62,925 nt of DNA from positions 29,370,622 to 29,433,546 of the forward strand of contig JASCQW010000130.1 of assembly GCA_030264375.1 (NCBI GenBank), in the 5' to 3' direction. Shown piece after piece: positions 22,564-35,893 of this stretch. A program made the translations under genes and the position numbers. The notes beneath the pieces were generated by a model. That model searched no databases and was not told the DNA's origin. It saw only the letters and a list, made by a program, of their open reading frames with translations. This stretch comes from Carcharhinus longimanus. Taxonomy: Eukaryota. How positions within the stretch are numbered: the first letter of the stretch is position 1; each line of letters opens with the position of its first letter.

Positions 22564-25500
22564 CTGTAGCAATGACAAATAAAGAAATATTAAGTGGACA
22601 TAATTGTTAAGATCAAGCCAAAGGCAGAATTCTTTAGTAAAGTAATGTGAGTGATTGGACTATGCAGTAGGTTAGTCACTGGCCTTTCACCTCGAGGCCA
22701 TTGTTACAATCCAAACTAGACTGATTGATAAAAGTTTGATTATTTGCTGGTTACTCAAACCTAATTCCTGAAGGACATAAGCCTAAATGCATAAAGTTGT
22801 ATTATTTTGAGGGTACTTGCAATCTTATTGAGAGCGACTACAAGTTAGGTGTTGCAGGAAATGTAAAATCATTGTGCTGATGCAACAGTATATGCTTTTC
22901 GAAGATTGGGGCTGAAGCCCTCTTTGGGATATCATATGTTTTTGGGGTAGACTATACTTCAGTGTGGAGAGGGTAACCCTCACAGAGCACGCAAAACTAC
23001 GCTTGACTTCACTGGACTGGACATGGAACTGCAGTCAAATGGAGTGTTTATATCATACTTGAAATTTTAACAATAAAACCAAGTATCTCAAAACTGTTTC
23101 TGTATTCTTTGCAGCAAGAACAATGGTGTTTCCACTAGTCTACTGGATAGATGATTTATTCATATTTCCATGATGGAAATAATCCAAAATGGTCTTTTTG
23201 GTTGCAACAGAAATATGGTTGTTGAATGATTCTTTGGTAAGCTGGTTAGGTCAGTTGGCCACATGGTTAATGTTGATTCTGAATGATGCCAACAGCGGGG
23301 GTCAATTCCTGTTCTGGCTGAGGTAGATTTGGAAACTGCCTCCTTCGCCCTGCCTGAAAATGGAAGGTAATAGTAAACCACCAATCACTAACAAAAGAAA
23401 CGGCTCAAACTGAAGCATCAATAGACAATGAGCCAAAGACATGTTTTTGGGNNNNNNNNNNNNNNNNNNNNNNNNNNNNNNNNNNNNNNNNNNNNNNNNN
23501 NNNNNNNNNNNNNNNNNNNNNNNNNNNNNNNNNNNNNNNNNNNAACAACAAATATGACATATATGATAACTGCCCTTTCAATAGTAAAGATTACGACCTC
23601 TACGAGAAATCTGATGCCTAGCTATTAATCAAAGACATTTTCATAACCCTTTTTTGTAAAGGTGATTTCTGAGAGAACTTTGAGAATGTTAACCATTTTC
23701 TTTCTTTTGCACAAGAAAAAGCAATGAAATAGAAATACAGCCAACTCAGCGCATCTTTCAGCTTCCAAAGATAAATCCTTTCAATTTTTCTTTGTTCCAG
23801 AAGTAGTCACATATGTATCGAAATATATGTGATCATTTGTATTATTGCTACTGTATATCCCTCTGTTTTATAAACAGGATCCACATAGTTTAGTCCATTT
23901 GGATTAAACTCTCCCAATATCCCAATGTGACAATATCACCCGTCACATGAGACATTATCCTTTGAGTTCCAACACCAGGCTATGCCACCTACGTCTGTAT
24001 TATTCATGTCTTTTGTGCTCACCACTCTCACCACTGAAGAACTAAGAAGAATGACAGTAGGCAACTCTAAACATAACCTTGCATGTTTCATAAAGAATGA
24101 AGAAAAAATCCATTTAAAACAAAATATCCCAGTTGTGAATTGTTCTAATATTTGACTGGACCAGTTGATGACATCATTAAAACCCCTTAACTCACTTACT
24201 ACCTCTATATCATTTCCTTTCATTATCCCATATTCAACATCAGCATAAAGCTATCTTCTTTTATGGATTATTGAATTTGTCTTTTGCAGGAAGAGACGAT
24301 GTGATTGATGTAGTGTGCAGCCACAACGTCAAACCCTCAGCCAGAAGAGTTCCAAACCCTAGCTGTCCCTAAATTACTCATAATGGAATGTCCTTCCTGC
24401 AAGGAGAGCATCAGGAGAACATCCTAATAAAGAATAATTTATTTCTAAGAAATCATTTTTTGATTTCCAAATTCACAGCCATCTAATGCTATAGATTTAC
24501 AATTAAACAGGAAACAGAATCAGACTGACCTCCTCCAGATGACTGTTGAGGTAAACCTTTTGGCCATTGCCTTGACATGTTACTGTGCTGGAAGTGTCTC
24601 TCTATGCAGGAGAGGCTGGGTCAACACATAAGCAAGGAATGTCCTTAGGGCCTAAATAGAGAAGTACTCACTGTTGCTTCGTTCCTTCCAAAAGGGAATT
24701 TGGCAGGCCGTTAACTGTTGTTCCAGAGTCAACTGCAGCCCTCTTCTGGCAGGTGTGTGATAAGGGTGCAAAACTTAAGGTGTACCACCTTGATAACCCT
24801 CTGCTAACAATTCAGGGCTACAAAGTGGAGGAAAATACAGCCCGGCAATTTCTTTACGAACCTTTGACAAATCAATGTTTCTATCTTTTTTCGCTGGTTC
24901 ATATCACCTCAGGATATGACTGGTATTATACTGATCTATCAAGTGCACATCTGCTATTTTCAAACTCACCTATTTAAAATGATGTTGAGTTTGATCTTAA
25001 ATAATTTCTTAATTCAGTCATAAGCTGAGTTCAGTGTAATTTCAAGATGAGTAAATCATTTTAAGAAAATTATTCACAATAAAGTTTAATCTGCAAAGAT
25101 GATTTTTGTTTCTGGCAGTCTCAGATAACTGTAAACTTGACTTTGTGTGAACTATCTGCTTGCAGAAGAGCTTTGTACTGTAATTATTTTATTATGACTT
25201 TGTGGTCTAAAATAAGCCCATGATAATTTAATCATATTTGTTTAAAATTAAAATAATTTATGAGCATTTTAACTGACTCCAAATTTGTGGCTTCTTATTT
25301 GGAGAAGAGAAGTGACTGATGGAAACATTACACATGATTAGACACGTTTCACTTGCTGCAGAAAATGAGATAGGGAATAGTCTGCACTGAATGATAAATC
25401 ATCCAACCCAAATTCACACAATGAAGAAAACATTGTCAATCACTCCCCCGTGACCAACAGCAACATTGCACCTAACTCATTGCTGTGGAGTTGCCAAGAG

Positions 25501-28364
25501 GAAACCAAATGGAAGCCCAGCTGAGATGAGCTAACATTAATTAATTTAACCACTAATCAGTTAGATAGTGTGAATTGGTCTGGAGATTTCCCATGGGATA
25601 AAGGCTGGCAAGGGCTCTGAAGGTCACCAGCCAAATTCAACACCTCTCCACCAGCTTCATCAGCCTCCCCATTAACCTCTTTATGTATCTGCTTTTCCTT
25701 GAGGCAATTTCTAAAAGCATAGGCTAAAAAGTTAATGTTGGCATGACATAAATTCCTCCAAGCTACAAAATCTGAAATATTTCCTGGCTCTGTTAATTAT
25801 ACAGAATTTATGAAGATCATATTTCTATCTTATTGGATTTTTACAGTATGCTAAGGCAAGTTGTTACCTGAAAATTGGTAAGACAAGTGAGTGGGAAGGG
25901 GGGGGAATAGATTTTATTCAAAATTCACCCCCTTTCTATTTGGATGAATTAAAAGTCTTTGCAAAAAATCCACTGAATTGTTTTTAAGAAGTATTACTTC
26001 TCACCATTCATACTTATCTGCAGCGACTCTGAAGTCAGATTTTGAGACTCTTCTAGGAGTGGGACAGAGGTGTGCCAGTTCCTCACTGCCATCCCACCCC
26101 ACAGTCAGTTTTACAGAGATGAGATGGAGGGATGGGGTGAGGGGAGCAGGCTGCTTGCCCACATGGGGATGATAGCTGACAAGACCAGTTAAAAGACCTT
26201 TGAGATCAGTTAAAGGAAACTGTCTGAGATTTTTCAGTCAGTCTCCAGGTTCTTGTAGGTGACAAAGGGTCAGTTTAGATACGTGGAAGTAAATGCTCTG
26301 TAGCAGATTAGTGGATCAGTTCTCTAAAAGTAAGTGGAAAAATCAAAAGCCCTGACTTGCTCTTCAGCAGTGTCCACTGGTCCCTTTCAAAGTGACTGAT
26401 AAGACCATGATAATCCTGCAAAAAGTAAGCAGCACAGCTCTGCCCAGTTTATGTCAAATTTGACATCAAGATCCTAAAAAAGATGTGTGCCTCTGGAATA
26501 TGCCAATCAGGAGCTATCATCCTCATAGGGAGTTGCCCCAATACTCTTTAGAAATCTTCAGTTACTACTTTCAGAGGAGACTGGATGCAGGCAATTCAAA
26601 TTTCCAGCTCAGCAAAATAAACTGGGAACATTTGGCAAAGTTGAATGCAGAATCATGCTCCTGATATTCTGTTGTAACAATTTAGTTCAAAATCCTGCTT
26701 AAAAGTTTCCACTCCCACATCTCACAGCCTCCTTAAGCAATGGTCAGTATCATTATACCAGCCTGTGCGCTGGAAATCTGTTTGAAACTTCCCAACTCCA
26801 TTTCATACCAGATTATTACAGTAGCCAGACGAGAAAGGAGACTTTCATTCTAATGGACTAGCTGGACTCAATCCCAGAATCTAAAGGTGAAAAAAGAGTG
26901 CTTAAGCCAGGGGTCAACTCAAAACAGCCTTACAAGAACTCAATTCGCCAAATACTTGTTAGCCATGATTCCTGCATACTAATAAGCTGTTAGGTAGATT
27001 TCCATAAGAGCTTTCAATCTGTCTTGAATTCAGAATGAAGCATAAATAGTGATCTCGTCAACAATAAAACTGGAAAAATCACAGCCAGTGTAACCTGTCA
27101 AATGAATAACACTAGAAAACCATAATCCATTTAGTTCCAACCAGCCGTTAAATCACTGAAGCATTAAATTGAGAGTAAGCTAACCAAAGTGTAACAATGG
27201 TTAAATGTGACTCATGTTTTTATAGGTGTAATGCCTATTCAATTTATGTATAACAGAAGAAAAGATAGGAAATAAGAAACACTATGATATTCAAAATGAT
27301 CATAATTAATGACTGGAATAGATGGACTGACTGCTTTGCATTCAATAGATGCACTGAAGTAGTTCTGTACTCACAGATGCAATAACTCATTCCACATACA
27401 CTCCTGACTCAAGAAACCTGTCCCACCTTTAGCCTTTTAATGGATGGCATGCACCCTTCCTGCTGCTCCTGAAACAAATCCTTCAGGAGAAACATTATGT
27501 AACAGCACTTAAGAGGAAATAAATTACAACTTTATTCTTCATGTCATTTTAAAATTAAATTGGTGAAACCTGGCTGCTTGATTAATTCATCATTCTTGGC
27601 TAGTTATCTTCCAAACTCTGTCCAATTCCAGTTAGCTGTGATGCATCACTAAGCCAAATTGTGAAATTAAGGGAGGTGCCCATCTTCCCAACGCGACTTC
27701 AGTACAACTGATATTAGTTAGTTTTGAAACCGAAGGGAAAATGCCATTATGTCACCAATATAGTTTTAATATTTTAATTTAAACTTTAATATAATCGAAT
27801 TTCCAACAGTGTAGAAAGTACAAGATAATTAAGAAAGTCACAAATTGGCACCAAATAAACAATGATCCTTCTGAACACTGACCTTGATTAAGCAATACAT
27901 GTTCTGTTGTCACTGTTCTCTGAATTTTCCCAGCCTCATGATGGCGGGTTTGCCATATTACCGCTGCCAGGAAACTTTCTTGGGATGGGCTGGAAATCAA
28001 ATCAGCTGCCTCTCTAACTCAACCTTGAATAAATTCAATGGCCCATCCTCCACTGTCTTCTGGGAAGAGAATTCCACAGAGTAATGACTGTCAGGGAAAA
28101 ACGTGCATTCTCATCTCCCTCTTAAAAGGGAGACCTTATTCTTGAATATGTTCCCATTATTCTAGCCTCTCTGCACAAGAGGATACACCTTCCTGGTATC
28201 CATTCAATCAAGTCCCCATAGGGTTTCAATAAGATCACCTCAAATTCTTCACCTATGAATGCAGGACCAACGATTATTCATAAGATAAGTCCTTCGCCCC
28301 AGGAATAAGCCAAATGAACCTCCTCTGAAGCACTTCTAATGGAATTGCATGCTTTTTAAAATTA

Positions 28365-28945
28365 ATGCGTGGGACACGGGCGTAGATGGCTGGCCAATAT
28401 TTGTTGCCCATCCCTATTGCCCGAGGGCAGTTTGAGAGTCACATGTAGGCCAGACCAGGTAAGGATGACAGATTTCCTTTAGGATTTTCCAAACAATTGA
28501 CAATGGTTTCATCATCAGCAGATTCTTAATTCCAGATATCTTTTACTAAATTCAAATTCCACTAACTGTCATGGTGAGATTTGAACCCTGGTTCCCAAAA
28601 CATTAGCTGAGTTTCTGGATTAATAGTCTAGCAATTCACCAATACCCCCTAGACAACATCTACCAAACATGCAACCTCCATCACCTAGGCAGGGCAACAT
28701 ATGCATGGGAATATCACTACTTGCAAATTCCTCTCCAACCAATGGACCATTCTGATTTGGAAATATATCCTTCACTGTCGCTGTGTCAAAATCCTGGAAA
28801 TCCCTCCTTGGCAGCACCATGGGAGTACCTACACTATAGGCACTGTAGTGGTTCAAGAAGGCAGCTCGCCACTACCTTCTCAAGGGGGCAATTAGGGATG
28901 GGTAATGAAAATGCTGGCCTACCCAGCGAAGCCCACATTCCATTA
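28365..28945. mobile_element. Cluster: minus-strand SINE abutting a plus-strand LINE 3' fragment
   Basis: Homology to 18493-18760 and to the reverse complement of 5200-5450. Confidence 0.65.
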
Positions 28946-29272
28946 GAACATAGAATATAGAACACTACAGCACAAACAGGCCCTTCAGCCCACAAGTTGT
29001 GCCGATCACATCTATACCTACCAAGCCATAGAANNNNNNNNNNNNNNNNNNNNNNNNNNNNNNNNNNNNNNNNNNNNNNNNNNNNNNNNNNNNNNNNNNN
29101 NNNNNNNNNNNNNNNNNNNNNNNNNNNNNNNNNCAGACTTTTCCCCCTTCACCTTTTATAGGTCCTATCCCTTCTCTTCTCATCCTTTTACTCTTCACAT
29201 ATTTGTAGAACGCCTCGGGATTCTCCTTAATCTTACCCGCCAAGGCCTTCTCATGACCCCTTCTGGCTCTTC
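28945..29272 (-). mobile_element. CR1-type LINE spanning a gap (3' tail at left, ORF2 fragment at right)
   Basis: Peptide RRARRGHEKALAGKIKENPEAFYKYVKSKRMRREGIGPIKG is typical of CR1 ORF2; AGAACAT-type repeated tail left of the gap. Confidence 0.85.
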
Positions 29273-30489
29273 TAATTATTGAAATAATAAAAAAAATTAT
29301 CTCCATTTAAACAGTTTCCATTCTTCCTGCTAAAGGGGATGAGTTATTTTTCCATAATATATTCCATCAGTCCATTCACTTAACCAATTGAAATCCCTTT
29401 TGTAGACTCACAGGCATTTTACCACCAGCAGTGTGGCTCCCAATTCCATGCGGAAGTCACCAGTTCAATGGAGGTGGTCTTCCTGTGACAGACCAGATTG
29501 GGGATGGGGGTTCTTAAGGAAATACACTAAGAACAGAGAAACCTAATCCAGCAGAGGAATTTTCCCTGTAACCCTGTCGAACTGCTGCCTGTTTATTCCT
29601 TCATTGATGTACAACCTGTTGAGGCATTCTTTTGGTCCTTGAGCTGCCTCACCAGTGCCTACCTTCTGCTGCTAAGGTTCTCTGTTTGAGTTGGCTAAAT
29701 AACGAGACTGGCCACAATCCTTTATAGGTCAGTGAAAGTGGAGGTGGCCAATTAGGAGGCTGTCTCTCGGAAGATTTCTGAGTAGGTTTTGCTGCTGGCA
29801 AGTACAGAGTTGGGACCTCCATTTGGTCCCAATATCAGGGTCCTGAGGTCTGCAGGAAAAGCTAGATCTCTTGCCTTTAAAAGAGCAATGTTATATCATA
29901 GCAGCAGGCTATTAACACAGACAGGACTTCAAATTCATCCTTGCTAAGCAATGATCCTGTCTGCTTGCTGCCATTGAAAAAAAGTCATATTCCATCAAAG
30001 TCAGAACGGGGCAGCTTTTGGCATATTTGGTCTTTGCGAACAGATCAGAAATGTTCCAACACTTGTCATGTTAAGTTTGATTCTCAATTCAAGTCACTTG
30101 GGACCAGCGGACAATTTAGCAGGTACACAAGACCTAAATATTTCAGCAAGTTAAATAAACTCAATGAAGTCATTGGTATGCAACGGAGCTATTTACATGA
30201 AATCATTTACTTTAGTTCGATTTAATCTAATATCAATAAAGCATGCTGTACTTGCTTTCACAATATCCTTTTTAGCCCTCACGAGACTAATTTTCTCTCT
30301 GAATGAATCTCGTTTGCTACCTGGTTATCTTCCCAACCAGCTTTCAACAATCACTCCTTATGTCTACTGTTCATGCACATTGTCAAGTGCTCTCTTCCTG
30401 CAGGAAATTGTTATCCCATTAATACAGCTATTATCATCTGCCTTCTTAAAAATCCTATTGTCATCACTTTGTCCACTTTAGCTTCCAGT

Positions 30490-30829
30490 CATAGAATCCC
30501 TACAGTACAGAAGGAGGCTTTTCGGCCCATCGAGTCTGTACTGATCACAATCTCACCTAAGCCCTATTCCCATAACCCCACGCATTTACTCTGCTAATCC
30601 CCCTGACACTAAGGGGCAATTTAACATGACCGATCAACCTAACCAGCACATCTTTGGAGTGTAGGAGGAAACTGGAGCACCAGGAGAAAATCCATGCAGA
30701 CAAGGGGAGAATGTGCAAACTCCACTCAGACAGTGACCCAAGGCTGGAATTGATGCTGGGACTGTGGTGCTGTGAGGCAGCAGTGCTAACTACTGTGCCG
30801 CCCCAACCACTGTGCCACCGTGCCACCCC
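30490..30829 (-). mobile_element. Near full-length HE1/V-SINE-like element
   Basis: tRNA-like head GGCACGGTGGCACAGTGGTT...AGCACTGCTGCCTCACAGC, V-core GGTGCTCCAGTTTCCTCC, CR1-derived tail. Confidence 0.85.
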
Positions 30830-30864
30830 GTATAAGGAAGTTTAAAATATCATTGCAACTTGAC

Positions 30865-31450
30865 AAAAACTTGTATTTATAATGCAACTTTGACACAGAA
30901 TTACTTCACACAAGTTTAATCAAATAAAATTTAGCACCAAGCCACAAGGGTAATGTTTGACCAAAAACTTGGTCAAAAAGATTGTTTGGTTTTAAGGAAC
31001 ATTTTGGAAGAGAGAGAGAGAGAGAAGCAGAGGAGGAGGAGGAGGGAGAGATTTCCAGAGTTTAGCACATAGGCAGGCGAAGGCATGACATCAATGGTGT
31101 AGTGAGAAAATCAGGAATACTCAGAAGGCCAGACTTGAATACTGCAGAGATCTCACAGTTGGAAGAGCCGGTGGAGATTTCAGAGATGGAGAGGGACAAG
31201 ACCACAGATGGATTTAAAAACAAGAATGACGATTTTAAAATTCAGGCCAGTGGTCAGTATGATGGATGATTGATATTGGAGAGGATACGGGTAATGGAGC
31301 TTAGGTTAAGCTCATACTTACTGAGGGTAAATATGAGGTAAGTCAGGCAAGCATTGGAATAGTCAATTCTGGAGGTATTAAGGGCAGGGTTGAGGGTTCA
31401 GTGGTGGATGAGCTGAGGCAGACATGAAGATGGGTAATGTTACAGGGGTG
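30865..31450 (-). mobile_element. Old L2-like LINE 3' fragment containing a (GA)n/(GGA)n microsatellite at ~31009-31050
   Basis: TTGTATTTATAATGC tail and TGACCAAAAACTTGGTCA stem-loop, also seen at ~53596. Confidence 0.55.
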
Positions 31451-31699
31451 GAACAGCAAGGCAGTCCTCATTAATCATTCTCCCATTAATACTGCTATCA
31501 CCACCTGTCTTCTTAAAATAGCCTACCTTTGACTCCTTTATTATTATGTGACTATGTCTCCTTTAACTCCCTGTAGTCTTCAATAGTCACTTTCATGATT
31601 TTATTCTTATGCGCCTCACATTCCCAAATTCTCTCTTCCTGGGTCCATATCATTATCTCAAAGATCCCACACTATCTTTTATAGATATTTCTTATCTAT

Positions 31700-32290
31700 A
31701 AAAGGCTCTTGGTAATATAGTGGTGATCATGGGATTAGGTTCCACATATATGCTGATAACATTCAAATCTATCACCACCCTTAATCTCTAACTGTTACCA
31801 AGATGTCTGATTGCCTATCTCTCAAGTGCTGGCTGTTCACGTCAACACTGACCAAACAGAGGCCACCTTGTTTTGCTTGTGGCAGACCTTTGCACCTCAA
31901 GCACCAATTCCAGCTTCCTCCCTTGATGCTCATGCAGACTAAACATGTAGGCACACATACCTTGATATCCTCTGTTGAGTTGAGCTTCAATTCCAGTATC
32001 TATTGCATTGCCAAAACCACTTACGTACACCATCAGGAACAACACTTGATTTCCACCATCAATAAACCATTCTCCATAGCTCAAACCAAGAATGTTTTCT
32101 TATCACTCTCCCCATCTTCAGCCTACACACATTTTTAAAACATCCGACACCCTTACAGCCTTGACCTAACTCTCAGGTATCCCACAAATTAGTCCTTCAC
32201 AACTTCTATTGGTTTCACTCTTCAAGCACACTAACATCAAAATCCTCACTTTTATCCTTAAATCCTTCAGTGAATTGCTAGTAAAATTGT
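31700..32290 (+). mobile_element. Highly decayed L2-like RT fragment
   Basis: TTCCACATATATGCTGATAACATTCAAATCTAT = FHIYADNIQIY (YADD-like motif); downstream TCAAAATCCTCACT...TTAAATCC segment. Confidence 0.55.
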
Positions 32291-32920
32291 TTCCAGCTTT
32301 ACAGTGCAGCATCGATGCTCTATTCACCTAACTTTCATCTACTGCACATTGTTCCCTTCTCTATTCCCTAGTGACAAAGCCTGAAGCCATCTTGCACCTT
32401 GCACTTTTATACAAATTTTTTTGCCTTGTGAACTCTATTCATTATCTTGCATCAATGGCTATCTTTTGTGGTGACCTATCCAAAGTTTGTAATGGTTCAA
32501 AGTTTCACGGAACCTCAGCAACATAATTGGTAAACTGTGTGTTGGAGTTTTCAGTCTTCTATCGCAATATAGAATCAACACAAACAGATATCATAAGGTG
32601 AGAACTTTTCAATTATTTCAACAAATCCACATTGTAGTTTTTCAGGGGTAATGCCTCCAACCCTTCCATGAAAGCTAACATTAAAACAGTAAGAGTTTTT
32701 CATCCAAGGCAGATTCATATTTAATGTGATCCAAATATTTTACTTCGTCTCTCAATTTAGAATCTAACACCAAAGAGCTTTGGCAAAACAAGTATGAATG
32801 AGAAGCAATCATATCATATCATTTGACTAATTACATTCATGTTTTCCAAACCTAAAAAAAATTCATTTAAGGTAGCATGAGAAATTGAAGAAAGTGCAAT
32901 TCCTGGAGTATGCTTCCTAC

Positions 32921-33157
32921 CTGAGAGACCAGTCGTGGTTACAGTAAGGTTGGACATTTCCCAGGTAGAAGCCCAAGGACTGAGTTACATCCACAAGATT
33001 GGTGAAGTTGAGGCTAATACTGTTGTACAGGACTGAGGTCATAGTAATTTCATCAATGGCCCACACATCCTCTTGAGGCCCAGAGTGATAAGGTTGCCAC
33101 CATCGGAACTGAATGCCAAACTGCTGGGCATTGTCTGGGAGCTCCACAGAGATAATT
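32921..33157 (-). CDS. RELN: Reelin exon (~exon 20), 237 nt: [78 protein letters not shown]
   Basis: catag|A acceptor; AG|gtagg donor; near-identical to the recalled human segment. Confidence 0.97.
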
Positions 33158-33780
33158 CTATGACCAAAAAGAGCTTTGTGTGAAACTTCTACGCAACATA
33201 AGCAACGAATCATCCCTTTGTATCTACAGTATTTCCAACAGGTACAGAGTATGGTAAAATGTAAAGTCAAGCAATGCTCACAGGTGTTGTCCTGCAAAGA
33301 AGAATGATTTTGCAAGGTTTTAAAAACAGTGCTGTTGAGACAAGAAACTACACAGAAACATGCAGACAACATTTTGATAGACCTCATTCAATATTTATTA
33401 AAGGAACATTTTGAGATGGGGCCGTTCCTGCTCTGTAACAAAGGCAGGTAAGACTTCCAACACAAACCATAAGTTTTATAAGACAAAGCTTAGTAAGTAG
33501 TTTAGGTGAATTTCTGTCAAGAGTTATTAAATTACTGAGCAATTAAGGTGGACTTCATGTGTAAGCTACAGATCAAAAGATCAGAAATTCCAGTAACATT
33601 CACCATGAAAAGAAACCCAGAGAATGATGCAATTTCACTTTTTGAGGTGAGATCATTTCTTACAGAGACACAAGTGCAGGTAACTTAAACTTGATTAAAA
33701 TTTAGTCACACATTTTAAGTTATTAAGGCTGTTGTCTTTTCAGGATCATATGATAACTGGCACAACAGAAACCTCCTTAT

Positions 33781-34135
33781 GGGGAGACGGTGGAGAACGC
33801 CACTAGACTTGTAATCCATAGGTCCAGACTCATGCTTTGGGGACATAGGTTCACATGCCATAATGGCAGCTGGTGGAATTTAATTAATTAATTAATCTGG
33901 ACTATAAAGCTGGTCTCAGTAATGGTGAACATGAAACTATCATCGATTATCGTAAAAACCCAACTTCTTCATTAGTGTCCTCTAGGGAAGGAAATCTGCC
34001 GTCCTTACCTGTTCTGGCCGATACACGGCTCCAGATGCACACTAATGTGGTTGACTCTTAACAGCCCTCTGTAATGGCCTAGCAGATCACTCAGTTCAAG
34101 GACACTTAGAGATAGCAATATCCCATGAAAGAATA
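33781..34135 (+). mobile_element. tRNA-headed SINE, second family
   Basis: GGGGAGACGGTGG head; GGGAAGGAAATCTGCCGTCCTTACC core. Confidence 0.75.
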
Positions 34136-34257
34136 GAGAAAATAAGTTGCTTAAAGGAGAGTCAGCGATTAAAATTAAATAATTAAGTTTGGATGCAAAT
34201 CTGGATTCTGCTGTTTGCAACATTAATGGAAGAAAACCTAAAGCAGTTAACACTTCA

Positions 34258-34600
34258 GAATCATAGAATCCTTAGAATGCAGAAGGAGGTCATTCAGCCC
34301 ATTGAGTCTACACTGACTCTCCAACAGGGCATTTTACCCAAAGCCTTTTACCTAGGCCCTATTCGCATAATCGCGCTAACCTACACATCTTGGGACACTT
34401 AATGGACAATTTAGCATGGCCAATCCATCTAACTTGCACATTTTTGGATCATGGGAGGAAACTGGAGCACCCAGAGGAAACCCATGTACACATGGGGAGA
34501 ACATGCACACTCCACACAGATAGTCACCCAAGGATGAAATTGAATTTGGGTCCTGAGCGCTGTGAGGCAACAGTGCTAATCACTGAGTCACGTGCCACCC
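34258..34600 (-). mobile_element. Near full-length HE1/V-SINE-like element
   Basis: Same head, core and tail as 30490-30829. Confidence 0.8.
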
Positions 34601-35893
34601 TTGATATCCTTTTCAATATTTTACCACAGCATGAATCCAAAAAAATGGATCAGTGGCTTTACTGAATTCGTGAAGAGTCAGATAAATCTTCCATTTGCAA
34701 ACAACACCAACAATAATTACTTGTCTTAGATATTAATTATAAACAATACCAAAGCTCTATTTCCACCCACAAACTAAAATATATTTCTGTTTGTGCAAGA
34801 AGAATTAAAAATGGAAACAAGTAAATATTGACTCCCTTTCTATTAAGTCCGCAATATAGACTGAAGTCACCAGTTTACGCAGGGTTGCAAGTCATTATAC
34901 TTAGGCACTAGAGAAAGTCAAATTTTCATCTCTACATGTTTTCCTAATTGCTAATACTAGTAATTAGTGCCAAGTCTAAATTTAGTACTTGGTATTTAGT
35001 CAAAACATTCTTACCCAATTATGTATTAGAACAGTGCAAACCTTACAAAGTATGGAGCATTAATGAAGAATAATGTCATGTTTTTAACAACTGTCGACAT
35101 ATGGAACAGCAGGGAGGACATATTATCGCAGGAAAAAATAATTCTATCTCCATGATTAGCTCCATAAATCAACAACACTGTTCCCACCCAGCTCTGCACC
35201 TGACAGGATCAGCAAGCAACTGGATTTCTTGGCAAACTTGCTGGCCACAGCTACTGCACAGCTCTGGTGATCTTCCTATCTAAGAGTGCTTTCAATAGGC
35301 AGCATACTGAATTTCACGTCTGCTTTCAATTTACTAACAAATGTAAATCTTTAATATGAAACTGACTTCTGCCTGGTCAGCAATTTTGATTGGACAACAA
35401 TGTTACATCCAAGTTTTCTAAGATTAAATTTCAATATAAATAAACTATTGAAAAATAAAATTAATTTAGACTGCGATCATAGGCAGCTGAAATGTCACTG
35501 AATGGCAAAAACTGTGGCAAATGGATTGTAATGTTGGCAAGTGTAGGTCATCACATTGAATCTAAAAGAAATGTAACTAAATGGTAAAATGTTAGACAGA
35601 GTGGCGATCCAAACAGACTTGGAGCAGCATTTGCACCCTGATGTGGGTGAGTACCGAGACAGGGCAGGAGAATTCACTCCGCTGACTGGTATCTCGGGAT
35701 TATCCTGTCTCTGTCATTTTTCACAAGGTGAGATCAGCATCTAAAGGACTACTTGTCTGCAAATGGTGGGTAGGTAATTGAAGATAGTTAATTGCCTATT
35801 AAGTCTTATTATCAGAGGTCCACTGGAATTTTCCTGACATTAAGTTTAATTTGTGATTTGTTTTTGTTTAAGGCAGTATTCCTTTAAGAGGAA

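Noticed and set aside
30740-30829. tRNA-like A/B boxes here and at ~10460-10530, ~34530-34600, ~47140-47215 and ~54084-54170
   Set aside because: These are SINE heads continuous with SINE bodies; none forms a complete cloverleaf.
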